Notes: generated by a model from the sequence alone, not told the origin. 64,000 nt of DNA from Candidatus Saccharimonadales bacterium (GCA_038211855.1 JBBQVE010000003.1:33907-97906), one strand, 5' to 3'. Shown: positions 52,792-62,359, counted from the stretch's first letter. Numbers and translations are program-made.

Positions 52792-53538
52792 ATGACAGAC
52801 CAAAAACCGACGTTGACAAAATTAAAAGAATTCAAAGAAGTTTTAGAAAATTATCAAGCTTCGGACCACGCGCGGTCCGTGCTGACTCGTGCACCTTTTG
52901 TGGTCATGAGCGGGGTGGCTGGCGGCGGTCGAAACACACTGATTAACTATCTCGTTGATAACGGACCGTACTATTTTATTATCTCCGACACGACCAGACC
53001 GCCAAAAGTGCGCGACGGTAAGCTGGAACAGCATGGCGTGAATTACTTTTTCCGTACCGAAGAAGATTTACTTGGTGATCTTGAAAAAGGTGAATTTTTG
53101 GAGGCCGAAATAATTCACAACCAGCAGGTTTCGGGTACGAGTATCCGTGAAATCGAAAAAGCCCAGGAGCAAAAACGCATTCCAATTCATGACTTTGAAC
53201 TGGGCGGGGCAGAAGTGGTGTATAAACTGAGCCCTGAGGCAGTGATCATTGGGCTCTTACCACCGAGTTTTGAGGATTGGCAGTACCGCTTGAATGCCCG
53301 TGAAGAGATGCATGGCCACGAATTTAAGAACCGTATGGAAACAGCCGTGAAAGTTTTGGAATCGATGTTGGAACGTCCGTATTTAAAGTTTGTGATCAGC
53401 GGCGATTTGAATGATTCCTCGGCCCATCTACGCCACATCGTTGAACACGGTCATTATACTGAAGAGCAGCATGAGAAGGGGCTTGAGACCGCCCGAACAA
53501 TTCTTCACAAGACTCGCAAACTCGTTGAAACTCTCTAG
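52792..53538 (+). CDS. Guanylate-kinase-like P-loop protein (paralog 2)
   Basis: MSGVAGGGRNT P-loop variant. SDTTRPPKVRDGKLEQHGVNYFFRTEEDLLGDLEKGEFLEAEIIHNQQVSGT. TATAAT lies 6 nt upstream of the ATG. Confidence 0.6.
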   Translation: MTDQKPTLTKLKEFKEVLENYQASDHARSVLTRAPFVVMSGVAGGGRNTLINYLVDNGPYYFIISDTTRPPKVRDGKLEQHGVNYFFRTEEDLLGDLEKGEFLEAEIIHNQQVSGTSIREIEKAQEQKRIPIHDFELGGAEVVYKLSPEAVIIGLLPPSFEDWQYRLNAREEMHGHEFKNRMETAVKVLESMLERPYLKFVISGDLNDSSAHLRHIVEHGHYTEEQHEKGLETARTILHKTRKLVETL

Positions 53539-53561
53539 CACTCTTGTACTGTGACTGCCAA
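53535..53561 (+). promoter_or_regulatory. CIRCE-like operator upstream of hrcA
   Basis: CTAGCACTC-N9-GACTGCCAA, against the consensus TTAGCACTC-N9-GAGTGCTAA (3 mismatches). Confidence 0.5.
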
Positions 53562-53582
53562 AATGGTATGCTTGTACTTAGT

Positions 53583-54290
53583 ATGACAGCGCGACAAGAG
53601 GCGATTCTCAGGAGTATCGTCGAGCAATATGCCGAGGTAGCCAGTCCAGTAGGATCAAGCTTACTGGCGAAGGTGTTCGGTGTGAGTTCAGCGACGATTC
53701 GCGCCGAAATGGCCGAATTGGAGCGCCTTGATTTTATTGAGCAGCCTCACACGAGCGCTGGTCGTGTGCCGACCGACAAAGGCTATCGTTATTATGTGAA
53801 TCATGTGGCCGAAACAAATGAACCCGATGCACCAAGTAGCCGTGCCGAGCGAGCACTCTCTGCCCGGGCGAATGGCGGCGGTGTGCCGGAACGCGTCATT
53901 CGTAACACCGTAGACACACTTGTTGAACTGACTCATAACCTCGGTATCGCCACCATCGGCAACCAGCTGTACATGAGTGGGTTGTCTAATCTTTTTGGCC
54001 AACCAGAATTTATGCATCCAGGGCAGGTCCAAGAGGTGGCTCGTCTGCTCGATAACCTCGAACCATGGTTGCGCGAAGCCGCTCCCAATGAGGCCCTGAG
54101 TGTGTATATTGGTGCCGAAAACCCCATCGGCCGTAACAGCGGTTGTTCGCTTATTATTAGTAAATTCCGTAGTCCGTTTAGCGATCGCAGCTTTATCGGC
54201 GTACTCGGGCCAACTCGTCAGAGTTACCGCGACGTTATGAACCTTGTTGAACACGCCGGAAAATCATTAGAGGAAACAATGTATGTCTAA
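53583..54290 (+). CDS. hrcA: Heat-inducible transcription repressor HrcA (compact, 235 aa)
   Basis: MTARQEAILRSIVEQYAEVASPVGSSLLAKVFGVSSATIRAEMAELERLDFIEQPHTSAGRVPTDKGYRYYV is the N-terminal wHTH. C-terminal IGVLGPTRQSY. Shorter than the typical ~340 aa. Confidence 0.8.
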   Translation: MTARQEAILRSIVEQYAEVASPVGSSLLAKVFGVSSATIRAEMAELERLDFIEQPHTSAGRVPTDKGYRYYVNHVAETNEPDAPSSRAERALSARANGGGVPERVIRNTVDTLVELTHNLGIATIGNQLYMSGLSNLFGQPEFMHPGQVQEVARLLDNLEPWLREAAPNEALSVYIGAENPIGRNSGCSLIISKFRSPFSDRSFIGVLGPTRQSYRDVMNLVEHAGKSLEETMYV

Positions 54291-54759
54291 GAAACAGCCT
54301 GAAGAACAGATTCCAAATGCCGAAGACCTGATGCAGCAGGTTGCTCAACTTACAGAAGCCTTACAACGTGAGCGTGCCGATGCGATGAACGTCCGCCGAC
54401 GTGCTGACGAAGAAAAAGCTAAACTCGGTACTTTTTATAAATCATTGGTTGTCCGCGAACTCCTGCCAGTTATTGATAACTTCGAGCGGGCGCTCAAAAA
54501 TATGCCGGTAGATCTTGCCAAGAACGACTATATGAAGGGCGTTGCTGGCGTCGTGAAGCAGTTCGAAACGATTCTCTCCAAACTCGGCGTTGAGCGTATC
54601 AAAACTGTCGGCGAACACTTTAACCCGGACCTTCACGAAGCTGTCTCCATGGAAGAAGGCGATGGCGAACACGAAATCGTCTCCGAAGAACTCCAGGCCG
54701 GTTACAAATTACAGGACGAAGTCTTGCGTCACGCCATGGTAAGGGTGAAGACTCAATAA
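54283..54759 (+). CDS. grpE: Nucleotide exchange factor GrpE
   Basis: ...ERADAMNVRRRADEE..., LLPVIDNFERAL, FNPDLHEAV, GYKLQDEVLRHAMVRV. 8-nt overlap with hrcA. Confidence 0.9.
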   Translation: MSKKQPEEQIPNAEDLMQQVAQLTEALQRERADAMNVRRRADEEKAKLGTFYKSLVVRELLPVIDNFERALKNMPVDLAKNDYMKGVAGVVKQFETILSKLGVERIKTVGEHFNPDLHEAVSMEEGDGEHEIVSEELQAGYKLQDEVLRHAMVRVKTQ

Positions 54760-54763
54760 TTTT

Positions 54764-55102
54764 ATGAATGGCCCCTGCGCGTTCCATCCGGATGCATACA
54801 TTGAGCTTGCCGCTCGTACTGTGGAAGCCCATGTTGAGGGTGTCAGTGTGCCGCTTCGTACCACCCGAAAGCGGGCTTTCCAGCGCTATTGTAATGATAT
54901 TGCCATCAGCGGTTCCCCAGACGTTGTCTATAAGGATACCCAAGATATTTTAGCGCAGGCTACTGAGTGTGCCGCGACGATTTTAGCCGATGAATGCCCA
55001 ATGTACGCGGTTGCCGAGTACTCAGGAGTCGGTGGTCCTCGAATTATCAGCAGAGAAGTCCTCGAGCAGTACCCAAAACGCTATACCCAAATCATAAATT
55101 AG
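54764..55102 (+). CDS. Hypothetical protein inserted between grpE and dnaK
   Basis: 112-aa ORF starting 5 nt after the grpE stop. No recognisable domain. Its stop overlaps the CIRCE element. Confidence 0.5.
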   Translation: MNGPCAFHPDAYIELAARTVEAHVEGVSVPLRTTRKRAFQRYCNDIAISGSPDVVYKDTQDILAQATECAATILADECPMYAVAEYSGVGGPRIISREVLEQYPKRYTQIIN

Positions 55103-55125
55103 CACTCTCATACATAGAGTGCTAA
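55099..55125 (+). promoter_or_regulatory. CIRCE operator (perfect consensus)
   Basis: TTAGCACTC-tcatacata-GAGTGCTAA. Confidence 0.85.
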
Positions 55126-55145
55126 TTTTCCTATTGCCAAGGTCG

Positions 55146-55173
55146 TTGGCACTCGTATATAATAAGTGCCAGA
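55146..55173 (+). promoter_or_regulatory. Second CIRCE-like inverted repeat overlapping the dnaK -10
   Basis: TTGGCACTC-gtatataat-AAGTGCCAG. The spacer contains TATAAT (55158-55163). Confidence 0.45.
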
Positions 55174-55224
55174 AATCAGTTCCATTTTGTGCCAAAAGAA
55201 TATGTTAAAAAGGAGACCAATTAT

Positions 55225-57120
55225 ATGTCTAAAATTATAGGAATCGACCTCGGTACGACCAACAGCGCTATGGCGGTGATGCAGTCCGGTAAACCAGAAA
55301 TTATCGCTAACTCAGAAGGCGCGCGCACAACACCAAGCGTCGTTGCCGTCAACAAGAAGGGTGAACGCCTCGTGGGCCAAGTCGCCCGACGCCAGCAAGT
55401 CACTAACCCAAAGAACACAATTTACGAAGTAAAGCGCCTGATTGGTCGCAACTTTGACGACAAAGAAGTCCAAAAAGACCTCAAATTGATGGGCTATGAA
55501 ATCGTCAAAAGCGGTGCCTCAACCAAAGTAAAAATGGATGGCAAGGAATACAGCCCTGAAGAAGTCAGCGCGATGATTTTGAGCAAGCTCAAAGCCGACG
55601 CTGAAGCCTTTCTCGGTGATACTGTCACTGAAGCCGTGATTACCGTGCCAGCCTACTTCGACGACTCACAGCGCCAAGCCACCAAAGACGCTGGTAAAAT
55701 CGCTGGTCTTGAGGTGAAACGCATCATTAACGAACCAACAGCTGCTGCCTTGGCGTACGGCCTCGATAAAGAGTCAAAAACAGATGAGAAAATTGCTGTC
55801 TTCGACCTTGGTGGTGGTACCTTTGACGTCTCAGTCCTGGAACTCGGTGACGGTGTCTTTGAAGTTAAGTCGACTAATGGCGATACCCACCTTGGTGGAG
55901 CCGACTTCGACCGCGTCCTTGTGAATTACTTTGTTGCAGAATTTAAAAAAGAGCACGGTATCGACATCTCTGATGATAACGCCGCGATGCAGCGCCTCCG
56001 TGACGAAGCTGAAAAGGCTAAAATCGAGCTTTCGAGTAGCCAATCAGTCGATATTAATCTGCCCTTCTTAACTGCTGACGCTGACGGTCCAAAACACTTC
56101 GAGCACAAACTAACCCGCGCCAAGCTTGAGTCATTAGTTGCTGATTTGATCGACAAAACTGCTGAGCCATGCAAAAAGGCCCTCAAAGACGCTGGTTTGA
56201 CCGCTAAAGACATCGACGCTGTTGTGTTGGTCGGTGGTATGACACGTATGCCAGCTGTTGTTGCCAAGGTCAAAGAAATCTTCGGAAAAGACCCAATGAA
56301 GGGTGTGAACCCTGATGAAGTCGTAGCCGTTGGTGCTGCCATTCAAGGTGGTGTGCTGCAAGGTGAGGTCAAAGACGTGCTGCTTTTGGACGTCACGCCG
56401 CTTTCCCTAGGTATCGAAACCATGGGCAGTGTTTCTACTAAACTTATTGAGCGCAACACGACAATTCCATCCAGCAAATCCGAGACATTCTCTACTGCTG
56501 CCGATAATCAGAATCAAGTAGAAATCCACGTACTGCAAGGTGAGCGTGAGTTTGCCAAAGACAACAAGTCGCTCGGCCGCTTTATACTCGATGGTATTGC
56601 GCCAGCACCACGTGGCATTCCACAAATCGAAGTCACCTTTAACCTTGATGCCAACGGCATCCTGAATGTGACCGCAAAAGACAAGGGAACCGGCAAAGAA
56701 CAGAACATTACCATCCAGGGTTCAGGTGGTCTTGATAAGGCTGAAATCGAGAAGATGCGCAAAGATGCCGAAGCCCATGCCGAAGAAGACAAGGCCAAGC
56801 GCGAAGGTGTTGAAGCCAAGAACGTGCTAGATAGCGCCATTTACCAAGGTGAGAAGCTGAAGATCGATAACAAAGATAAGATTTCTGAAGATGACGTCAA
56901 AGCCCTAGATGCCGCGATTGAAGAAGCCAAGAAGACTGCCGAAAAAGAAGACGCGAGCAAAGACGAGTATGAAGCTGCTGCCAAAGAGCTCACCGACAAG
57001 ATGATGCCAATCGGCGCCAAATTGTATGAAGCCGCTGCCGCCGAAAAGAAAGACGGCGAAGAAGGCGAAGCCAAAAGCGGTGACGAACCAATCGAAGGCG
57101 AAGTCGTCGACAAAAAGTAA
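55225..57120 (+). CDS. dnaK: Chaperone DnaK (Hsp70)
   Basis: [26 protein letters not shown]..., [20 protein letters not shown], and an acidic C-terminal tail. The ORF-track start 55189 is rejected. Confidence 0.95.
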   Translation: MSKIIGIDLGTTNSAMAVMQSGKPEIIANSEGARTTPSVVAVNKKGERLVGQVARRQQVTNPKNTIYEVKRLIGRNFDDKEVQKDLKLMGYEIVKSGASTKVKMDGKEYSPEEVSAMILSKLKADAEAFLGDTVTEAVITVPAYFDDSQRQATKDAGKIAGLEVKRIINEPTAAALAYGLDKESKTDEKIAVFDLGGGTFDVSVLELGDGVFEVKSTNGDTHLGGADFDRVLVNYFVAEFKKEHGIDISDDNAAMQRLRDEAEKAKIELSSSQSVDINLPFLTADADGPKHFEHKLTRAKLESLVADLIDKTAEPCKKALKDAGLTAKDIDAVVLVGGMTRMPAVVAKVKEIFGKDPMKGVNPDEVVAVGAAIQGGVLQGEVKDVLLLDVTPLSLGIETMGSVSTKLIERNTTIPSSKSETFSTAADNQNQVEIHVLQGEREFAKDNKSLGRFILDGIAPAPRGIPQIEVTFNLDANGILNVTAKDKGTGKEQNITIQGSGGLDKAEIEKMRKDAEAHAEEDKAKREGVEAKNVLDSAIYQGEKLKIDNKDKISEDDVKALDAAIEEAKKTAEKEDASKDEYEAAAKELTDKMMPIGAKLYEAAAAEKKDGEEGEAKSGDEPIEGEVVDKK

Positions 57121-57216
57121 ATATGTACAAAAACTTCACTCGCCAATCACTTATCGATAATTCGTAATGTAACCTTTCTCGTCTAAATTTTTACTAAGAC
57201 AAGAAAGGGAAGAGTT

Positions 57217-57672
57217 ATGTTTGAATTAAGATCACCTCGTAAAGAAGAGATGGCTTCGGTGTACGGTTTGCGCTGGGAAGTTTTACGTGATGCTACGAAA
57301 GATTCTGACGGGACCGAGCGAGACCGTTATGACACTGATCCTGCGACGATCCACAGTGCTTTATTTAGGAGCGGTGAGCTTGTTGCCACGGCGAGATTAC
57401 ACCGGCCCGAAGATAGACCAAACGAAGCCCAGGTCCGCTTCATGGCAACGCGGCAAGACCAGCGTCGTTTAGGACTCGGCTCAGCGGTGCTCTGGCATCT
57501 GGAGATTGAAGCCGCAACCCTGCCAGTGCCACCCGACGCACTCTTTGCCCAGGCTAGAATGAGCGCACTCGGCTTTTGGGAAGGGGCTGGCTATATGGCG
57601 ATGAGCGATGTATTTGAACTACCGCATTTGCCAGGCATCCCGCATATAGAAGTTGTGAGGCCGCTGCTTTAA
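57217..57672 (+). CDS. GNAT-family N-acetyltransferase
   Basis: 151 aa. ...RFMATRQDQRRLGLGSAVLWHLE... (acetyl-CoA binding Q/RxxGxG/A). Confidence 0.75.
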   Translation: MFELRSPRKEEMASVYGLRWEVLRDATKDSDGTERDRYDTDPATIHSALFRSGELVATARLHRPEDRPNEAQVRFMATRQDQRRLGLGSAVLWHLEIEAATLPVPPDALFAQARMSALGFWEGAGYMAMSDVFELPHLPGIPHIEVVRPLL

Positions 57673-57694
57673 GAACTAAACTTACGAAAGGGAA

Positions 57695-57721
57695 GCACCG
57701 GCTCAAAAGGCCGGTGCTTTT
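57695..57721 (+). terminator. Rho-independent terminator
   Basis: GCACCGGC-7 nt-GCCGGTGC + TTTT. Confidence 0.7.
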
Positions 57722-57749
57722 AAATGCCTATGCTTGCATGAGCGGATAG

Positions 57750-58502
57750 ATGTGCGTAGCCTTGTCTTATATGACAGATGTATTATTGCATGGCGAATTT
57801 GACGCCGCTGGTGTTGAAAAGATGCTGTCACCAGCGCGTCGATTACCACGCGATTGGACGACAGTATATGATAGTGAATTTTACCGACCCGTAGTCGCCG
57901 AACCGACCGATGAGCTGAGTGATCTGATGGTAGGGCTCGCCGTGGCTGACAGACGGATGGACCCAGAGCGCCTCGGTCATTATTCGTACAATACATATCC
58001 TGGCAGGATTTTTGTTGCGCGCAGCGAGTTCATGCCTTCGAGTCTGAGAGTAGCGGATAGTATGATTCAAAGAACTGAAGCCGTGGCTTTGTCGGCAATC
58101 GGTGTCCTCGCCAAAATCGGCTTAGTAGCTCTAGGCCCAGAATGGCGTACAAGTAAGTACGGGCTTGATATATCGCCGAAACGCAGCGCTGATTATGTCC
58201 CTGATTGGCACAATGATAATAGGCGTAACAGGGATTTTGTCCATATGCTTTTCAGCCCTTTAGGTACTCGATTGCTTGATCTTTCCAAGCCGCCTACCCC
58301 GCAGACCAGAAAATTAACGAGTGATGAAGTCGAAGAAGCGAAGATAGATCCCTCTCATTTTGACGGCAAGATAGTCATGATAAACGGACAGACATACCAC
58401 GGGCGCCCTACTATTGAAGAGTTTGCAGCGTTCTTTGAAGAGACTGGTACCGACCGCAGGCCATTCGTCGGCGTTATCTTTCGTAAAATGAAAATAAGCT
58501 GA
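57750..58502 (+). CDS. Hypothetical protein (250 aa)
   Basis: ORF only; the start may be ATG 57771. Contains DWHND ... TYHGRP (an HxD...H arrangement, possibly oxygenase-like; weak). Confidence 0.5.
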   Translation: MCVALSYMTDVLLHGEFDAAGVEKMLSPARRLPRDWTTVYDSEFYRPVVAEPTDELSDLMVGLAVADRRMDPERLGHYSYNTYPGRIFVARSEFMPSSLRVADSMIQRTEAVALSAIGVLAKIGLVALGPEWRTSKYGLDISPKRSADYVPDWHNDNRRNRDFVHMLFSPLGTRLLDLSKPPTPQTRKLTSDEVEEAKIDPSHFDGKIVMINGQTYHGRPTIEEFAAFFEETGTDRRPFVGVIFRKMKIS

Positions 58503-58559
58503 AACCAAGGCGCGTGCCAGAAATACTTATGCTATAGTGATATCATATAGGGGGCGCGT

Positions 58560-61439
58560 GTGTTATTTCTGCTTGTTATCACGGGACTAGTGCTTTTTCT
58601 CATCTTTCGTAAAAAAGATGACGCTCCCACGAAGTCCTCTCAAAACAGCTCTACCCCCAGTATTGACGTCAAGGCCTACGATGAACAGTGGGTGGGCTTT
58701 ATCCGTAGTTATTACTCGGTTGCCAAGACAAAATCTGAACGGGCGATGCTTGATCGAATGGTGGGTGATTTAGTGGCGCAAGGCTATCAACCGCCAGACA
58801 TGGTCGTACAGAATCAACCTTACATCCCCGGCGCCGAACTGTCTGCTATGGAAGTCGCTGCTGTCATGCCGCCGCCTCCCATCTATGCGCCGGAAAAAAC
58901 AAGAGAACAAATCCAGCTCGACAACGCCTCATTACTCCTTTATTTTGGCGCGTTTTTATTGGTGGCTTCAGCCGGGCTCTTTGTAGCCTTTGGTGGTCTA
59001 AATGGGGCTTTTCGTACTTTCATTGTGTTGCTGGTTACTTTGGCACTCTACGGTGGTGGCACGACGATTTTTCAGAATCGGCCGCGCTTCAAGCAAGCCG
59101 GACTGGCTTTTGTTGGTATCGGCATGGCGATTGCGCCACTGATTGGTCTGGCGGCATACACGTATATCTTTCATCAACAGAATGCGGCGGGCGTGTGGCT
59201 CATCACCTCAGTGTTCTGTTTGGCGCTCTACGGGCATGCTCTCTATAAATTGCGCAATCCATTACTTAATTATGTGCTGATCTTCACCTTCCTGTCGATG
59301 TTTGAGTCATCAGTTGCCATCATCCATCTGCCGATTTATTACTTTGGTTGGGAGCTGGCCATCGTCGGCCTCGCGTTATCGCTGCTGGCACGCCGCAAAG
59401 GGGTCTGGGCGGATATGAAAGAGTCGAGTGCCAACAGTGCAATGATATTTATGCCAATTGCTTTGTTTATGTCACTGGTGTTGGTTGTGCAGCAAGGCTC
59501 GATGCAGTTCGGCATTTCTCTGCTCCTTGCGGCAGCTTTTTACGGCTTACAAATCTTTGATACCACTGATGACACCCAGCGGCTCAATGCTATTGCCACG
59601 CAGGTAGTAGCACTCGGTGGTATCGCGGCGCTCAGCTATTCCATAAACAATGAGTGGCGACTGACGGCGGAGGTACTTTCGGCCCTGAACATCCTACAGC
59701 TGTTATATGTACTAGTAAAACCAGTGAATAGTCTGATAATGCGGAACTTTGCCAGCGTCGCGCTCTTTTCGGCGGTTTTAGCGATATCGATGGGTGCTGG
59801 TTCAAAATCATTCATATTGGCAATGGTAGGCTTGGCAACGGCGATTGCGGCCTGCATCTCGGTAAAACAACGACGTAGCGATGTCTATGCGCTAGCGGTA
59901 ATTGGCCTGGTAGTGATTCCGGTCACCTATGCGCAATATGTGAGCAGTCCGGCGTTGTCGGCACAAAAAACGGTGTTGTACCTGGGACTTGCAGCTTTGA
60001 TCCAACTGGGCGTTCTCAGTTTTGGGAAAAAAGCGCTCAATTTTGTGATGAACGGCACCGCGCAGTATCTCTACCTTGCCACAGCTGTTGGGGTGCTTGG
60101 CGGTAGCTATCTCGCAACACCGTGGTTGACGTTCTGGCTGTCGATCGCCGTCGGAGTCTCGTTTATTGTGCTTGGCATGCTGCATACGTCAGGAGAAGAT
60201 TGGAACAGCACTGCGGGCCTCGCGGTATGTGCGCCGCTGCTCTGGTGGTTCCATAGTCCAGGGGTCTTTCTCGCCACTGCATTTACGGCGCTGATTATTA
60301 ATATCCTCATCGCTTTGCGCCATCGCCGTGAGCTGAATCGGTGGTTGAGTGCTGTCCTGTGGCTGCTACTACCAGTCGCTTGCGGACAGATGGGCAACTG
60401 GAGTCAACCAGCCTATGCCTACGCCTATCTAGTGGTAATGGCGGGACTTGTCTTTTCGCGTGCTATTGCCCGCGGTGTCGTCTTTATTTCGTCGAAGATA
60501 CCGCTGGCCTCTTACGCTAAGAATACAAGCATGTCGTATGTATACGGCTATACCGTAGCGGGTGCGATAGCGGTTGGTATATCACTTGTTAGCGATGCCA
60601 GTAAACTCCATACTAGCCTTATCTTGGCTGCAATGATTGGTGTGATTCTGTTGCTGACATATGTGGTCGAGAAGCAGGCAGAGCTCATGATGATGGTGCC
60701 ACTCCTCGCGCAAGGAATCTTGTTGAGCGGCCTACGTCCCATCGGCGACAACGCAGTCCAGCTGTATCTTTTTGCAACCACGGCACTCGCAGTCGTCAGC
60801 TATTTTGCAGTTACGGGTAGTGAAAAAGAGCGGCCAGAACAACGACCGATACGAGCCGCCGCTTTGTTTAGCTTAGCTATCGCACCGTTTTCTTATATAT
60901 TTGTTGGACATACGCTCTTGGCAATGCCACTCGGTCTTCTCGCGTTAACTTTCGTCCTCGCCTATCAGTATCGAAATGGTGCACAAGCCACCAAAGAGCT
61001 TGTTTGGAGCGGGCTGGCACTCACAATCGTCTGGTTATTCGGATATGGGGGCGTGATGCAGGTGCAGGCCTATGTACATGTCTTCATCGCTCTGTTCGCA
61101 AGCTTTGCCTACTGGCGTCATATAAGAGGCGAAATCGAGATCAGCGACCACTATTTATACGCGATGCTGATGACGGCAACGATACCACTGGCAGTACAGG
61201 CAATCAGTGCAACGGCAGGCGGTGTCTATGGCTGGTGGCTACTACTTGAGCAAGTCGGTTTTATCGTTATCGGTATGAGTATCAATAAGAAGTTTGTCAC
61301 CAAGTGGGGGCTGTATACGGCGGTTGCGGCTGTTATTTACCAGCTCCGTAGCCTGGGCTGGGCCGCACTTACCGTACTCGCCATATTCCTTATCGGTCTC
61401 GCAATCTACAAGATTCAAAAGAACGTTGACAAAAATTAA
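58560..61439 (+). CDS. Very large polytopic membrane protein (959 aa, >25 hydrophobic segments)
   Basis: GTG start after GGGGGG. N-terminal TM, an ~80-aa soluble segment, then hydrophobic helices almost continuously to the C-terminus. No recognisable motif. Confidence 0.65.
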   Translation: MLFLLVITGLVLFLIFRKKDDAPTKSSQNSSTPSIDVKAYDEQWVGFIRSYYSVAKTKSERAMLDRMVGDLVAQGYQPPDMVVQNQPYIPGAELSAMEVAAVMPPPPIYAPEKTREQIQLDNASLLLYFGAFLLVASAGLFVAFGGLNGAFRTFIVLLVTLALYGGGTTIFQNRPRFKQAGLAFVGIGMAIAPLIGLAAYTYIFHQQNAAGVWLITSVFCLALYGHALYKLRNPLLNYVLIFTFLSMFESSVAIIHLPIYYFGWELAIVGLALSLLARRKGVWADMKESSANSAMIFMPIALFMSLVLVVQQGSMQFGISLLLAAAFYGLQIFDTTDDTQRLNAIATQVVALGGIAALSYSINNEWRLTAEVLSALNILQLLYVLVKPVNSLIMRNFASVALFSAVLAISMGAGSKSFILAMVGLATAIAACISVKQRRSDVYALAVIGLVVIPVTYAQYVSSPALSAQKTVLYLGLAALIQLGVLSFGKKALNFVMNGTAQYLYLATAVGVLGGSYLATPWLTFWLSIAVGVSFIVLGMLHTSGEDWNSTAGLAVCAPLLWWFHSPGVFLATAFTALIINILIALRHRRELNRWLSAVLWLLLPVACGQMGNWSQPAYAYAYLVVMAGLVFSRAIARGVVFISSKIPLASYAKNTSMSYVYGYTVAGAIAVGISLVSDASKLHTSLILAAMIGVILLLTYVVEKQAELMMMVPLLAQGILLSGLRPIGDNAVQLYLFATTALAVVSYFAVTGSEKERPEQRPIRAAALFSLAIAPFSYIFVGHTLLAMPLGLLALTFVLAYQYRNGAQATKELVWSGLALTIVWLFGYGGVMQVQAYVHVFIALFASFAYWRHIRGEIEISDHYLYAMLMTATIPLAVQAISATAGGVYGWWLLLEQVGFIVIGMSINKKFVTKWGLYTAVAAVIYQLRSLGWAALTVLAIFLIGLAIYKIQKNVDKN

Positions 61440-61440
61440 A

Positions 61441-61468
61441 CTGGCACTCTACCCCCTCCGAGTGCTAA
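61441..61468 (+). promoter_or_regulatory. CIRCE-like operator overlapping the dnaJ promoter
   Basis: CTGGCACTC-N10-GAGTGCTAA. The right half is perfect, the spacer is 10 rather than 9, and TGCTAAAAT -10 overlaps. Confidence 0.5.
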
Positions 61469-61480
61469 AATAGTAAGAAT

Positions 61481-62359
61481 ATGGCAAAACGCGATTACTA
61501 TGAAGTTTTAGGCGTTCCGAAGACCGCTTCACCAGATGAGTTGAAGAAGGCTTTTCGGCGTGCTGCGATTGAACATCACCCTGATAAAGGTGGTGATGAG
61601 GCCAAGTTTAAAGAGGTGAACGAAGCGTACGAAGTCCTCGGCAACAACGAAAAACGTCAGCGCTACGACCAGTTTGGGCATGCGGGAGTCGGTGGTGCGG
61701 CTGGTGGCGGCAATCCCTATGGCGGTCAAGGCCAGAGCGTTAACTTTGATTTTGGCGATTTGGGTGGCTTCGGTGACCTGTTTAATAGCTTCTTCGGCGG
61801 CGGTTTTCAACAGCAACGACAGCGCCGTGGCCGTGATCTGCAAACGATGATCGAGCTCTCCTTTGAAGAAGCCGTGTTCGGCACTGAAAAAGCAGTTCGC
61901 TTAACACACAAAACGAACGCCAAAGACAATACATTGAAGCTCAAAATTCCTGCGGGTGTCGATGATGGCAACACGATTCGTGTGCGTGAGCACGGCGAGC
62001 AAATAGCCGAAGGACCGTCTGGTGATCTTTTTGTGCAGATTCGCGTCCGATCACATAAAGAATTTACTCGCGAAGGTTCACTGATACTCAGTGCTATTCA
62101 TATCAATATGATTGATGCCGCGCTCGGCGCCGAAATCGACGTCAATACGGTTGATGGCCAAGTTCGTATGAAGATCCCAGCCGGCACCCAAAGCGGCACC
62201 GACTTTAAGCTCTCCGGCCATGGTGTGCCGATTGCCGAAAACCGTCGCGGTGCTCAAATTGTGACGGTCATTGTTGATACCCCAACCAAACTCAACAAGA
62301 AAGAACAGGAACTACTCGAAGAATTCCGTAGTAGTCACAAAAAAGGTTTCTGGGCCTAA
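61481..62359 (+). CDS. dnaJ: J-domain co-chaperone, DnaJ/CbpA type II (no Cys-rich zinc-finger domain)
   Basis: DYYEVLGVPKTASPDELKKAFRRAAIEHHPDKGG (HPD), a G/F-rich linker, and two C-terminal beta domains. The whole protein contains no cysteine. Confidence 0.85.
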   Translation: MAKRDYYEVLGVPKTASPDELKKAFRRAAIEHHPDKGGDEAKFKEVNEAYEVLGNNEKRQRYDQFGHAGVGGAAGGGNPYGGQGQSVNFDFGDLGGFGDLFNSFFGGGFQQQRQRRGRDLQTMIELSFEEAVFGTEKAVRLTHKTNAKDNTLKLKIPAGVDDGNTIRVREHGEQIAEGPSGDLFVQIRVRSHKEFTREGSLILSAIHINMIDAALGAEIDVNTVDGQVRMKIPAGTQSGTDFKLSGHGVPIAENRRGAQIVTVIVDTPTKLNKKEQELLEEFRSSHKKGFWA

